Shown: positions 19,348-29,997, counted from the stretch's first letter. The stretch: 64,000 bases of DNA from an uncultured virus (IMG/VR IMGVR_UViG_3300028844_006632) (IMGVR_UViG_3300028844_006632), one strand, 5' to 3'. Notes: a model not told the origin generated them from the letters alone. Numbers and translations are program-made.

Positions 19348-22164
19348 TTAGCATTTGTTTTGTTCGTAAAGTTGTTTGATTGTTGTTTCTGTTAATATTC
19401 CTTTATATAAATAAAAACTATAAATGTTTCCATTTAAAAATGAATCATTTTCATTTAAAGTTGCTCGTTTTCTTCCAATGTGTAAATAATGTTCATTGTT
19501 ATATTCAAGTCCACGAGTTTTCTCAGATGTTCCTATTAGATTTCCATTTATATATAATTCAATCTTGTTTGTATAAATTACACAATGAGCAACATATTTT
19601 TTATTTCTTAGTATAACCCCATCGTCACTTTTAACCAACGAAACAACTTCATCATTTTTACATATTCCAAATTCCAAGTTTCCATCTACTCCGGATTGTT
19701 CATTGTATTTTAAGTAAAAACAACCATTGTTTATAGTTTCGGACTGATTCTCTCTAAATACAATATACTGAGAATCTTTGTTTTCTTCTCCTGTTTCTAT
19801 GTTATTGTGTGAACTGATTTTAAATTGAACTTCAAATGAAAACGCATTTAGTTTTTCATAATAAGGTATTCCCACATATCCACCTTGTTGTCCATCAAAT
19901 TTTACACTCGTTGTACAATTAGGAGTAGTTGATGGAGTAGGAGTTTTACTTGGAGTTGGTGTAGGTGACAGTGTTGGGGTTCCTGTAGTAGTTGGTGTAG
20001 CAGATGGAGTAGGAGTTGGTGTGGGTGACTGAGATGGTGTTTTGGTTGGTGTGGGTGTTGGTGCTATCAATGGCAATCCATATACACAAGTTTTTCCTTC
20101 ATCTAACTTACTTCCAGGAGAACCTATTGCAAGTATATCACCTTTATTATTCAATGATACACTAAAACCACTTATTTCATTATCTGATTTACCCCGTATT
20201 CCATTTTCAAGTTCAATCCAGTCAGAACCATCCCAATCATAAATGTTTACAATTCCGTTATCTTCTTTTCCTTCGGAATCATCAAAATAAGCACCGATTG
20301 CAATTCTGTCACCAGTTCCATTCAAAGAAATTCCACGACCCGCAGAACTATTTGGATTTTTTCCGTAAATATCACGGCCAAGTTTAAACCATGCTCCGTT
20401 TCTAAATTCATATATTCTTACTTGTCCTGCATCTTCACCACCTGCGTCATGTTTCGTTGAACCAACTGCAACCCGAGTTCCATTTTCATTAAATGCTACA
20501 CTTCGTCCTGCTTCGTCTTTTATAGAACTTCCTTTGATTGTATTACCATATAGAATCCATTTATTATCTTTAAATTCATATACATTCACACAACCACTTG
20601 CATCACCATTTACATCACTTCCAACAGAACCGATTGCTAATTTAGTTCCATCATTATTTAAAAATACACTTGTTCCACTTCGGTCACCGGCAGAATCACC
20701 GTAAATATCATCACCAAGTTTGTTCCATTGTTCGTTTTCGTATTTAAATATTTTTGTTTGACCACACGATACTTTTTCATTGTCAACACTTCCATCGTTG
20801 TAAGGAGCACCGATTGCTAAAATATTTCCGTTTTTGCTAAGAGATACAGATAATCCACTTCTATCACCCATTGCATCTCCATTTATTGATTCACCAAGTT
20901 TAATCCACTCATTGTCAATTAATTCGTATACACTTGTTTGTCCTGCATCACCTGCTGATCTATCGTTGTAGTATGCACCGATTGCAATACGATTTCCATC
21001 TGCACTTAATGATATACTCCATCCACTAAAATCACCATATTGATCTCCATCAATATCTTTACCGAGTTGTATCCAATTATTTTTATCGTTTAATTCAAAT
21101 ATTCGTGTATGACCTGTACCACTATTATGATTCGCACCAACTGCTAGTCGTTTTCCGTCGTCACTTAACGAAACCGATACACCACTATACCCACGTATTT
21201 CTTCTCCTAAAATACAACCACCAATTAAATTGATTTTATCATATACACTTGAAAATCCAAATATTTGTTCATCGAATGTATTTAAATAATAAGCAGATGC
21301 TTGATCTACATCCTCCATGTTTATTTTATATAGATTTGCATTTATAGTTGGTTCTGTTTCAGATGTATCTTTCCATTCATCTGCACCAAATATTAATCCA
21401 CTTGAATTATACGAAATAAATGGTTCGGTTACTTCTTTATTATCATCCTGTTCATCTGTACACCCATTTCCCAAGATGCCTGAGTTTTCAGAGAATCTAT
21501 TAGTTGCCACGAACCCTTGTATATCAAGTTCTCTCACTCCTTTTTTAAGAATGATAACATATGCCTTTCCACATTCAAGTGTAGAAAAGTCTTGAAACTC
21601 ATCTTGTAACATTGAATATGATGATAAAAACGATGAATAATTGTCATTTGTATCGTTTATCTGAAATACACGATAAATTAAATTTCTTCTGTCAACTGGT
21701 TTTAAATCAAATGGTTCACATTCACTACAAATACCATACCATCCCATATAAAATGCAAGTGAGTTTTTATTTTGTTTTAATTTAGTTTCACTCAGTCCAT
21801 TTGCACTAAAACAATCATTTCTTAAAAGTCCCACTGAATCACTATTTCTTTTTGTTGTCGTAAAATTCTTTATATTTAGTGATTCATTTCCTTTATCAAG
21901 AACAATCAAATATGCTTTTCCACATACAAGTGAGGTAAATTCTTGAAATGCTTGTTGTGTTGTATCTGCGAATTCATATGTTCCGTCAAATATGCTATAA
22001 TTGTCTCCAAATTTATTTATTTGAAATATTTTATAGATTTTATTATACACAGACTCATCATTAATTAAGTCAAACTCTTCACATCCAGTTTCACCATCAC
22101 AAATTCCATACCAACCCAAGTGGTATGTATAAGAATTTTCATTTTGATTTAATTCACCCATCAC
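19348..22164 (-). CDS. Putative virion protein: two tandem shared modules, an FG-GAP-like beta-propeller, a PT linker and LamG
   Basis: 938 aa. Two GWYG-x-C...L-x-CGKAY copies; seven SG-x-SVSL...AIGA...W-x-KLG repeats; C-terminal FLNGNIYSFYLY. Confidence 0.8.
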   Translation of the reverse strand: MMGELNQNENSYTYHLGWYGICDGETGCEEFDLINDESVYNKIYKIFQINKFGDNYSIFDGTYEFADTTQQAFQEFTSLVCGKAYLIVLDKGNESLNIKNFTTTKRNSDSVGLLRNDCFSANGLSETKLKQNKNSLAFYMGWYGICSECEPFDLKPVDRRNLIYRVFQINDTNDNYSSFLSSYSMLQDEFQDFSTLECGKAYVIILKKGVRELDIQGFVATNRFSENSGILGNGCTDEQDDNKEVTEPFISYNSSGLIFGADEWKDTSETEPTINANLYKINMEDVDQASAYYLNTFDEQIFGFSSVYDKINLIGGCILGEEIRGYSGVSVSLSDDGKRLAVGANHNSGTGHTRIFELNDKNNWIQLGKDIDGDQYGDFSGWSISLSADGNRIAIGAYYNDRSAGDAGQTSVYELIDNEWIKLGESINGDAMGDRSGLSVSLSKNGNILAIGAPYNDGSVDNEKVSCGQTKIFKYENEQWNKLGDDIYGDSAGDRSGTSVFLNNDGTKLAIGSVGSDVNGDASGCVNVYEFKDNKWILYGNTIKGSSIKDEAGRSVAFNENGTRVAVGSTKHDAGGEDAGQVRIYEFRNGAWFKLGRDIYGKNPNSSAGRGISLNGTGDRIAIGAYFDDSEGKEDNGIVNIYDWDGSDWIELENGIRGKSDNEISGFSVSLNNKGDILAIGSPGSKLDEGKTCVYGLPLIAPTPTPTKTPSQSPTPTPTPSATPTTTGTPTLSPTPTPSKTPTPSTTPNCTTSVKFDGQQGGYVGIPYYEKLNAFSFEVQFKISSHNNIETGEENKDSQYIVFRENQSETINNGCFYLKYNEQSGVDGNLEFGICKNDEVVSLVKSDDGVILRNKKYVAHCVIYTNKIELYINGNLIGTSEKTRGLEYNNEHYLHIGRKRATLNENDSFLNGNIYSFYLYKGILTETTIKQLYEQNKC

Positions 22165-22175
22165 CCTTTATATTA

Positions 22176-22778
22176 CTACACTGTAAAATTTTCCAATTCA
22201 CACTCACCACTATAATTTAATACATTATCAAAATTACCCGTTGAGGAGGTGATTTTACCTGAGTATGATTCACCATTTTTGTATAAATAAACCACATCCT
22301 TACCATCAAGATTTCCTGTTGCGGTTATTTTTCCATAGATACTTTCACCTGTCTTTTTAATCATTTCAAATCCATATGGATATGCAAGAGCATCTGTGGT
22401 TACTCCATCTGTATCAATACAAAGAAATCCACCTACGTCAAATCCTGTTACTGAAATTCCGTTTATACTTTCACGTGAAGTGTCATCATCCCACCCGTAT
22501 GTCATTATTTGTGTTTTCCCATTGCAACATAAAGGTGCACCGTCTCTACACAATATAGGTTCTGTTTCACCACTAACCATTTTATATAACTTATTTAAGT
22601 TGTCACGGTCAGGACTTAAATATTCAGCAGAGTTGTTAATATTTAACAATCTCTTTTGAACATCGGTTAATGTTGATTGATCAACATCTCCTGTTAATAT
22701 ATTATAGTATAATACTACATCTTCCAACGAAACATGAGTTCCTGGGTCTACAATGTCTCCACAGTAAAATTCTTCCAT
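22176..22778 (-). CDS. Protein with a dockerin-like N-terminus and a CC...LC...G-x2-Y-x-G domain
   Basis: Start reassigned to ATG at 22778 (MEEFYCGD...), with TATTTATA 3 nt upstream. This avoids overlap with 22796..23428. Confidence 0.7.
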   Translation of the reverse strand: MEEFYCGDIVDPGTHVSLEDVVLYYNILTGDVDQSTLTDVQKRLLNINNSAEYLSPDRDNLNKLYKMVSGETEPILCRDGAPLCCNGKTQIMTYGWDDDTSRESINGISVTGFDVGGFLCIDTDGVTTDALAYPYGFEMIKKTGESIYGKITATGNLDGKDVVYLYKNGESYSGKITSSTGNFDNVLNYSGECELENFTV

Positions 22779-22795
22779 AATTATAAATATAAAAA

Positions 22796-23428
22796 TTAAA
22801 TTTTTCCATACCCACAATATGAAAAATCTTCATCAAAAACATAATTTACTATATCTATGGAGTTTTTATCATAGTTTTCTCTCCAAGTTTCATCATAATC
22901 ATAGTCAATATAATACGACAAATTATTCATATCGTTGTAACTTAGAAAGTCATTTACACCATCAAATTTATTTTTTATTAAATCTTCATAGTGATATAGA
23001 TTTTCTACCTTAAAATTTACATCACTTGCACCAAAATAGGAGTTATTATCGTCCGATTTTAAATATTCAACTTGAGTTTGTATTTTATCACCATCAACAC
23101 AATCCCAACGATTTAATAAATTTTCGTAATACTCACCTATGGTTTGTTTTTTAATTCTTGATTTTTTGAGTTTACTTTGACCGGACATCCACATTTCATA
23201 TGCCCGTTGATAAGGACTTTTCACAATGGCAAATAAATCATAATCGTGAAATTTGCGTATTGCTTTTCCAAGAGTATTTTCCGTTAAAATTTTATTATTA
23301 GGCAGACGTTTTGTATCAAACGATGAAATACAATCAGGTTTTTGTATTTGTATATAGCAATTTTCAAATATATCAGCACCACTATATGGAACACATACTA
23401 ATATCACACCATTATCGTGCGAAATCAT
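22796..23428 (-). CDS. Sulfotransferase family 2-like protein, possibly degenerate
   Basis: MISH...ILVCVPYSGA, FAIVKSPYQR, TQVEYL, HYEDL and FDEDFSYCGY follow the Sulfotransfer_2 layout, but the PAPS-loop K-T/S is replaced. Confidence 0.6.
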   Translation of the reverse strand: MISHDNGVILVCVPYSGADIFENCYIQIQKPDCISSFDTKRLPNNKILTENTLGKAIRKFHDYDLFAIVKSPYQRAYEMWMSGQSKLKKSRIKKQTIGEYYENLLNRWDCVDGDKIQTQVEYLKSDDNNSYFGASDVNFKVENLYHYEDLIKNKFDGVNDFLSYNDMNNLSYYIDYDYDETWRENYDKNSIDIVNYVFDEDFSYCGYGKI

Positions 23429-23443
23429 TTTAGTTATTTTTTA

Positions 23444-26400
23444 TCATGATATCACAAAACAAACTTCGTTTGAGTTTGGATTGGCAGATAAATTTATAAG
23501 TCTTCCGAAAGAACTTCCAAAATGAATATCCTTTATCAAAGAAATCTTTTCAAATCTGCTTACTATTTTTAATAAACACTTAGAACCCAATAAATCTTTT
23601 AATAAAGTTCGTTTTGATATACTTTTTAATTTAAGTGAATCTTCTTCTATTTGCAACAATCTCAAAAATAAATTTTCTAAATAAAAAGAAGAAGTTGTTT
23701 CATATGCACTTTTAGTAAATAAATTATCAAGTTCCACAGAAATAAGTATATCACCAACACACAATGTTTTGATAATAGTGCTTGGGATTTCATTTTTTAC
23801 GAATTTAGTTCCATCTGATATTAATAATGGAGTTATCACTCCTTGTGTTTTTGACTCCAATTCACTTTTGTTATAGTAAAATATTTTATATTTACTTTGT
23901 GATGCTGATATACTCCAGTCTGTTTTATTTCTTTGACTGTTTCCAAATAGTTCTTCGTACCTTGCATTTATATAGTGCTTGATACATCCGTTTTCAATAT
24001 ATTTGCAACCATCACCAATTGCGGTGTGTTTGACACGTGGTGTCAAATTTTTGAGATTTAAATTTATTTTTGAAAATAATAATTCACGTTCTTCTAGTTC
24101 AGTATAAAACGAAGACAGACTTTGATTATTTGTATCAAAATAAATCAATGAATTGTTTTCAGTATTACGATTGATTTCAGGTTTTACACTATACTCCTTT
24201 GTAGTTTCGTAATTATTATTTTTAAACACAAACAATTTAGATTTTTCACTTGGTACAAGTATATTTTTATTGTTTAAAATAACCGCAGTTACTTTATTAT
24301 TATTTTCATAATATATAACATTGAATATTTCAAATTTATTAATTTCAAGATTATATTTTAATATTACAATATGCTTGTTTGAAGAAATTACTAGCATATT
24401 TAATTCATCGTTAAAATAAAATCCAAACGCATTTCCGAGAACCACATCATTAAAAACTGATTTAAATTTAATTTCACACCCCTGTAGACTTTCATTTAAC
24501 GGTATTGGGTTTTGCCAACGCTCTCTGTGTTTATATGAAATCATGCAATCTAAAATTTTATCAGAACTACCATTTAAGAATTCATTGTTAGACGCAAGAA
24601 TACCAAACACAATGAATTTGCAATAGGAATTATCACGATATATTAAATTTCCACAATTTACAGTTGCATTTGAATTTGATTTATCGTAACCAAAACAACT
24701 TGCAAACGAAACATCATTTATATAAGAATACGCAGATTCTTGATAATCAACACCAACTGACTGAACACGAGTTAAAGTCCGACTACCTTCATTTTGTTTT
24801 ATTAAATGAAACTCATTTGTTTTGTGCGGTAATTTTTTTGGTTCATAATTCTCAACCGAAGTCACCACATAGTTTCGTAGATTTAATATAAAATTAATTC
24901 GTTGAATGTTTGTAAAATCTGCATTTATTAATTCAGAAATATCGTTTGGTAACTCATTTTTCGGAGAAGTCTTATTTGTCAAACTACTCATTCCAACGGT
25001 GGGTCTCCAAGTTTGAGAAAAATTTTCGTTTGATGTATTGTTTTTCACACACAAATGCAAATTCTTTTTATCTATAATTTTTTTGTTTTCAAATGCTTCA
25101 AGTAGAAACTCGTATACATCACTTTCAAATGTTGAAATTGGTAATACAAAAGCATTTATATGCATTTTGTTATGTTTACACTTTATAGAATCCCATAATT
25201 CAACATCGTTAATATCATCTGCATTGATGTCAGAGTTATTTTTCAATCTAGCAATTGTAACAAACTTTACACTTCCGATAGAATATCCATTTGTTTTTCC
25301 TGAATCTGAGCATCCTATTTTTTCTTTAACAGAATTTCTAACATCCTCTGCATCTAGTGTGAAAAATGATCGTCCTCCACTAAATTTACTTTCTTCGTTG
25401 GTTATATTCTGTAAGTTCAATCTAGACCACGCAAATAATATTTTAGAGTATTTATTTGAATCAAGTTTTACCAAGTTAAACATTTGCCCAAAATCTTTAA
25501 CATTAGAAACATTCCAAGTAGCCAATGACCTATTGAAACTAACAGCACCTGCAAACATTTTGTTCATGTTAGTAACATTTGAAACATTCCATGTATAATA
25601 ATCAAAATCTTTATTGTATTTAGTTGATAACGCAGAATTAAAATTTACACAATTCATAAACATTGAACTGAGATTATTTGCAGTTTGTGTATCCCACTCA
25701 CTTAAATCCTCGTTAAATTTTTTGCAGTTTGCAAACATAAAACTAAAGTTCTTTATCTTCGACACATTCCACTTTGAAACTCCTGCTTCTTTTAAAGAAC
25801 CACAATTCATAAAGCATTTGTGGAAGTTAGTATTATCACCAAGTATAGGAGAATCAGTTGCGGATATTTTAAGATTATCGCAATTCAAAAACATTTTATC
25901 ATTTTTTTGACTAACATTTAGATCTAAACAACCCCATTTTGTAATTTCTATTATATTACTTGCCGACGAATTATTTTCAAATGTAAGTCCACGGAATTTT
26001 CCAAATATTTTTATTTTATATTCACCTTTTTTGTTATATACATGAGACTTTGCTTTATCGTCAAAATTCTTTATACTGCTCTGAGTTCCATCTCCCCAAT
26101 CTACAAAGCAATTATATTTGCCATGCTTACTTAAAGGAAGTTTCAGTGTATAATTACTTTCAGGAATATTCCACACTGATTCAAATTCATAACAATTCTC
26201 AAGAATTACAGGTGAATATCCATCGGAATTATTTACAAAACTCGGTATGTTGTCAGCAACTATACAAGTTGGCAATCCATTTACAAATACATGAAGATGC
26301 TCCGAATCTAAATAATTTTGAGTAAGTTCTACTTGAATAGAATTACTTAGTTTGGTGTTTTTGTTACCTTGATAATTTTTAGAAACACGAACCGAATGAA

Positions 26401-26590
26401 ATTGCATATTATCTATATCCGATACACTCTCCAAATCACCATTGTAAAAATATAAATAATAGTATGAATTTTCATTCGGAAAACTTAACCCAGATGAAAT
26501 TTCTATTCCACTAATTTGTAATGCAGTTTTGTTTCTTCCGATTGATTTCCAACGAAAATTTAAATCACACGATTTTTTATTATTTTCCAA
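23444..26590 (-). CDS. BspA/DUF285-type repeat surface protein with a PKD-like domain
   Basis: VDWGDGT...HVY (PKD-like); repeats WNVSKIKNFSFMF, WDTQTANNLSSMF and WNVSNVTNMNKMF. TTG start with GGAG SD. Confidence 0.75.
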   Translation of the reverse strand: MENNKKSCDLNFRWKSIGRNKTALQISGIEISSGLSFPNENSYYYLYFYNGDLESVSDIDNMQFHSVRVSKNYQGNKNTKLSNSIQVELTQNYLDSEHLHVFVNGLPTCIVADNIPSFVNNSDGYSPVILENCYEFESVWNIPESNYTLKLPLSKHGKYNCFVDWGDGTQSSIKNFDDKAKSHVYNKKGEYKIKIFGKFRGLTFENNSSASNIIEITKWGCLDLNVSQKNDKMFLNCDNLKISATDSPILGDNTNFHKCFMNCGSLKEAGVSKWNVSKIKNFSFMFANCKKFNEDLSEWDTQTANNLSSMFMNCVNFNSALSTKYNKDFDYYTWNVSNVTNMNKMFAGAVSFNRSLATWNVSNVKDFGQMFNLVKLDSNKYSKILFAWSRLNLQNITNEESKFSGGRSFFTLDAEDVRNSVKEKIGCSDSGKTNGYSIGSVKFVTIARLKNNSDINADDINDVELWDSIKCKHNKMHINAFVLPISTFESDVYEFLLEAFENKKIIDKKNLHLCVKNNTSNENFSQTWRPTVGMSSLTNKTSPKNELPNDISELINADFTNIQRINFILNLRNYVVTSVENYEPKKLPHKTNEFHLIKQNEGSRTLTRVQSVGVDYQESAYSYINDVSFASCFGYDKSNSNATVNCGNLIYRDNSYCKFIVFGILASNNEFLNGSSDKILDCMISYKHRERWQNPIPLNESLQGCEIKFKSVFNDVVLGNAFGFYFNDELNMLVISSNKHIVILKYNLEINKFEIFNVIYYENNNKVTAVILNNKNILVPSEKSKLFVFKNNNYETTKEYSVKPEINRNTENNSLIYFDTNNQSLSSFYTELEERELLFSKINLNLKNLTPRVKHTAIGDGCKYIENGCIKHYINARYEELFGNSQRNKTDWSISASQSKYKIFYYNKSELESKTQGVITPLLISDGTKFVKNEIPSTIIKTLCVGDILISVELDNLFTKSAYETTSSFYLENLFLRLLQIEEDSLKLKSISKRTLLKDLLGSKCLLKIVSRFEKISLIKDIHFGSSFGRLINLSANPNSNEVCFVIS

Positions 26591-26629
26591 ATAACATACT
26601 CCACTTATTAAGATTATATAATTTAGTCA

Positions 26630-27175
26630 TTACAAACCAAGTTCTTTTAACTGAGCAATGGTATTTGAAACACTTTTATGATGAATACCGATTCCACCAG
26701 ATGCGTTCCAATCTGATATGTTGGATTTTAAATCATCTATTAGTATTGAATTTTTATTTGCGAATTCTCGTTTTTTGTCTTTTGAACGAAAGTGTATTTT
26801 TGGATTTCCCAATCTTGAAATCCACATTTTCTTTCCCTTTATGCAAGTTTTCAGAACTCGTTTACTCGGAGCACTTAAAATTTCTACATCGTGTCGTGAG
26901 ATATATCTCCATAGTTTTTTTCCACCAGGATTCCAACTCATATCTGACCAAAACTCAAGACCTCCATCTTCTACTACTTCCCAAAATGCCTCAGAACCAT
27001 GAAGTTTTTCATACCGTGCGGCTGCATTATTAGGTACATCATCACGTTCCGACACATTTTTTTCTGCATTTCGTGCGTGTTTCATAAAGTCACCACTAAA
27101 ATCAGTGAGAACTCCATCCATATCACAATATATTTTATAGTGTGTTACTTCAGATAACAAATCTTTAAGTTTCAT
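26630..27175 (-). CDS. HAD-family 5'(3')-deoxyribonucleotidase-like protein
   Basis: IYCDMDGVLTDF, ILSAP, GKKMW, ILIDDLKSNISDW. Confidence 0.85.
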   Translation of the reverse strand: MKLKDLLSEVTHYKIYCDMDGVLTDFSGDFMKHARNAEKNVSERDDVPNNAAARYEKLHGSEAFWEVVEDGGLEFWSDMSWNPGGKKLWRYISRHDVEILSAPSKRVLKTCIKGKKMWISRLGNPKIHFRSKDKKREFANKNSILIDDLKSNISDWNASGGIGIHHKSVSNTIAQLKELGL

Positions 27176-27195
27176 ATATAATAAATATATATTAC

Positions 27196-29751
27196 TTATT
27201 TATTTTGTTTCTGATTGTTATTTTTTGCGTTTTTGTCGTTTTGTTGGTTTTCTTCTACCTTTTTGGGTGTGGGTGTACTTGATGCCTCAAAGTAAATTTC
27301 TTTTTTATTTTTAATCCTGGCAATCAATAGATTATTCTCTCCTGTACCTATTTCTTCTTGTAGAATAGATTCAGCAAGAGTATCTTCAAGATACTTCTCA
27401 ACTGCTCTTCGTAGAGGTCTTGCACCCATTTTATCATCGTATCCTTCTTCCACGAGAAATTCCTTTACTGCTTTAGAAATACGAATTGCATATCCACGTT
27501 CACGAACTCTTTCACGAAGTTTTTCAATTTCAAGTTCAACAATTTGTGTAATGTGTTCTTTTTTAAGTTTACGGAAAATAACGAGGTCATCAAGACGATT
27601 TAGAAACTCAGGACGAAAAGTCTTCTTAGACTCTTCGAGAATTTTTGCTTTTGTTGTTTCATAATCATTTTCATCGTTTTGTCCTGCACCGAAACCAAGT
27701 GATACATTTCGTTGAAGAATGTCTGCACCAACATTAGATGTCATAATTACAATTGTATTGCGAAAATCAATTCTTCTTCCAACATTATCGGTAAGATGTC
27801 CGTCTTCTAATACTTGTAGCAATAATTGACAAATATCAGGATGTGCTTTTTCAATCTCATCAAATAAAACAACAGAATATGGATTTCTGCGGATTGCTTC
27901 AGTTAATTGTCCTGCATCCTCGTATCCTACATACCCAGGAGGTGAACCAATCAATCTTGATACTGCGTGTTTTTCCATATACTCACTCATATCAATTTGA
28001 ACTATATTATCAGAACTTCCAAATATATCTTCTGCAAGGCATTTTGCTAAATAAGTTTTACCTACACCTGTTGGTCCTAGAAACATAAATGAACCTATTG
28101 GTCGGTTTGGGTCTTTTAAATCCACACGACTTCTACGAAGTGCTTTAGCAATTACATTTCCTGCGTAATCTTGACCAATCACTTTTGCTTGTAATCGTTT
28201 TTCTAAACCAAGTAAACGTTGTGCTTCGGTTTTTTCCATACGACTAAGTGGGATACCAGTCCAAGAAGAAATTACTTTCAGAATATCATCTTCTTTAACA
28301 GGTATAGTAGCATCTTTGCGGGTGGTTTTCCACTTTTCAAGAATATCATCACGTCGTTTCTTTTGATTTCGTTCTTTATCTCTCCATTTAGCCGCACCTT
28401 CAAAGTCTTGTTCAGAAACGCAACGTTCTTTACCACTTGTTGATTCTTTAATTTTCTCTTCAAGATTATCAAGTTGAACAGGTTTTTTAAGTGAATCAAT
28501 TCGTACTCGTGATCCTGTTTCATCGAGAATATCAATTGCTTTGTCAGGAAGAAATCTACCTGTAATGTATCTATCACTAAGTTTTACGGTTGATACAAGT
28601 GCCTCATCTGAATATTTTACATGATGATGTTCTTCGTATTTGTGACTTATTCCACGCAAAATTGCAATCGAGTCATCTACACTTGGTGGTTCTACTTGCA
28701 CTTGCTGAAATCGTCTTTCAAGAGCATTATCTTTTTCAATGTATTTACGATACTCTTCCATTGTGGTAGCACCTACACATTGAAGTTCACCACGACTTAA
28801 TGCAGGTTTAATGATATTGGAAGCATCCATTGAACCTTCGGCGGCACCAGCACCTACAATTGTATGCAATTCATCAATAAACAATATAATGTTTCCTGCA
28901 ACCTGCACTTCTTTCATTACAGATTTAATGCGTTCTTCAAATTGACCACGATATTTAGTACCGGCAACCATACTTGCTAAATCAAGCAAATAGACCTTTT
29001 TATCTAAAAGCATTTCAGGAACAGTACCGAGTGCAATTTCCTGTGCAAGTCCTTCTACAATTGCAGTTTTACCTACACCTGCTTCACCGATTAAAATAGG
29101 ATTATTCTTGGTTCTACGACATAGAATTTGAATCATTCTTGAAATTTCATCTTTTCTTCCGATAACAGGATCAATTTTTCCTTGATTCGCAAGTTCTACC
29201 AATTCTCTACCAAACGACTTTAATGCAGGTGTTTTAGAACCACCTGTAGACTTTTCCGATGTAGAACCCGCAGCCATTGCTTCTTCCATATTATCTGGTT
29301 CAAAATTAGGATCAATCTCCACAAGAATCTCTTTTCTACATGAATCGTGATCTATATCAAGATTATTTAAAATCTTATATGCAAGTCCATCTTTTTCAAG
29401 AAGCAATCCAAGAAGAAGATGCTCTGTACCAATATAACTATGACTTAAATTTTTTGCTTCTTTTCCTGCAAGAGCAATTACTTTTTTAAGTCGTGGGGTA
29501 TGTGTAAGTTCTTTATTTTTGTCAAACTTCTGACCCTTGTTGTTCTTTTTACACTCTGCTTCTACTTCACTTCTTACCGAAACAAAGTCGACTCCGAGTT
29601 TAAGTAAGGCATTCACCGCAACTCCTTGTCCGAGTGTGATAATACCCACTAATAAATGCTCAGTTCCAACTGATGAACATTCCATTTCAATTGCTACTCT
29701 CTTGCTTAATGCAAGTGCTTGTTGTGCTCTAGGTGTTAGGTCTCCCATCAT
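27196..29751 (-). CDS. clpC: ATP-dependent Clp protease ATP-binding subunit ClpC
   Basis: Two Clp-N repeats (GTEHLL). Walker A GEAGVGKT and GPTGVGKT; Walker B FIDELH and [11 protein letters not shown]-like [14 protein letters not shown]; ClpP-docking loop SLGFG. Confidence 0.93.
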   Translation of the reverse strand: MMGDLTPRAQQALALSKRVAIEMECSSVGTEHLLVGIITLGQGVAVNALLKLGVDFVSVRSEVEAECKKNNKGQKFDKNKELTHTPRLKKVIALAGKEAKNLSHSYIGTEHLLLGLLLEKDGLAYKILNNLDIDHDSCRKEILVEIDPNFEPDNMEEAMAAGSTSEKSTGGSKTPALKSFGRELVELANQGKIDPVIGRKDEISRMIQILCRRTKNNPILIGEAGVGKTAIVEGLAQEIALGTVPEMLLDKKVYLLDLASMVAGTKYRGQFEERIKSVMKEVQVAGNIILFIDELHTIVGAGAAEGSMDASNIIKPALSRGELQCVGATTMEEYRKYIEKDNALERRFQQVQVEPPSVDDSIAILRGISHKYEEHHHVKYSDEALVSTVKLSDRYITGRFLPDKAIDILDETGSRVRIDSLKKPVQLDNLEEKIKESTSGKERCVSEQDFEGAAKWRDKERNQKKRRDDILEKWKTTRKDATIPVKEDDILKVISSWTGIPLSRMEKTEAQRLLGLEKRLQAKVIGQDYAGNVIAKALRRSRVDLKDPNRPIGSFMFLGPTGVGKTYLAKCLAEDIFGSSDNIVQIDMSEYMEKHAVSRLIGSPPGYVGYEDAGQLTEAIRRNPYSVVLFDEIEKAHPDICQLLLQVLEDGHLTDNVGRRIDFRNTIVIMTSNVGADILQRNVSLGFGAGQNDENDYETTKAKILEESKKTFRPEFLNRLDDLVIFRKLKKEHITQIVELEIEKLRERVRERGYAIRISKAVKEFLVEEGYDDKMGARPLRRAVEKYLEDTLAESILQEEIGTGENNLLIARIKNKKEIYFEASSTPTPKKVEENQQNDKNAKNNNQKQNK

Positions 29752-29760
29752 AATACTATT

Positions 29761-29997
29761 TTAGTTCCATTTTGGTTTTGTTAAAGGACATTTTGTTGAC
29801 TTAATCAGAAACTTAAATCCGGCACAACCGCATTTCAAGCATCTGAACAGTTCTTTGTTTTCTGAGAATGTTTGGTAATATTCGCATTTTTTACAATTAT
29901 TAAGTCTATATTCCCATTCTGAATTGTCAACAAGAATGGCACCTGATTGTTTTATTCTATCAACCGATTCAAAATACATCTTTTCTACAATTGTCAT
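29761..29997 (-). CDS. Small Cys-rich protein (RL-x2-C-x2-C...C-x2-CGC...KCP...W)
   Basis: 78 aa; paralog of 30566..30853. Confidence 0.7.
   Translation of the reverse strand: MTIVEKMYFESVDRIKQSGAILVDNSEWEYRLNNCKKCEYYQTFSENKELFRCLKCGCAGFKFLIKSTKCPLTKPKWN

Noticed and set aside
22779..22817. Longer ORF-track starts for 22176..22817, 46728..47297 and 51384..51905
   Set aside because: They overlap neighbouring genes or promoter elements. Downstream ATGs at 22778, 47285 and 51881 fit the upstream motifs and gene tiling better.
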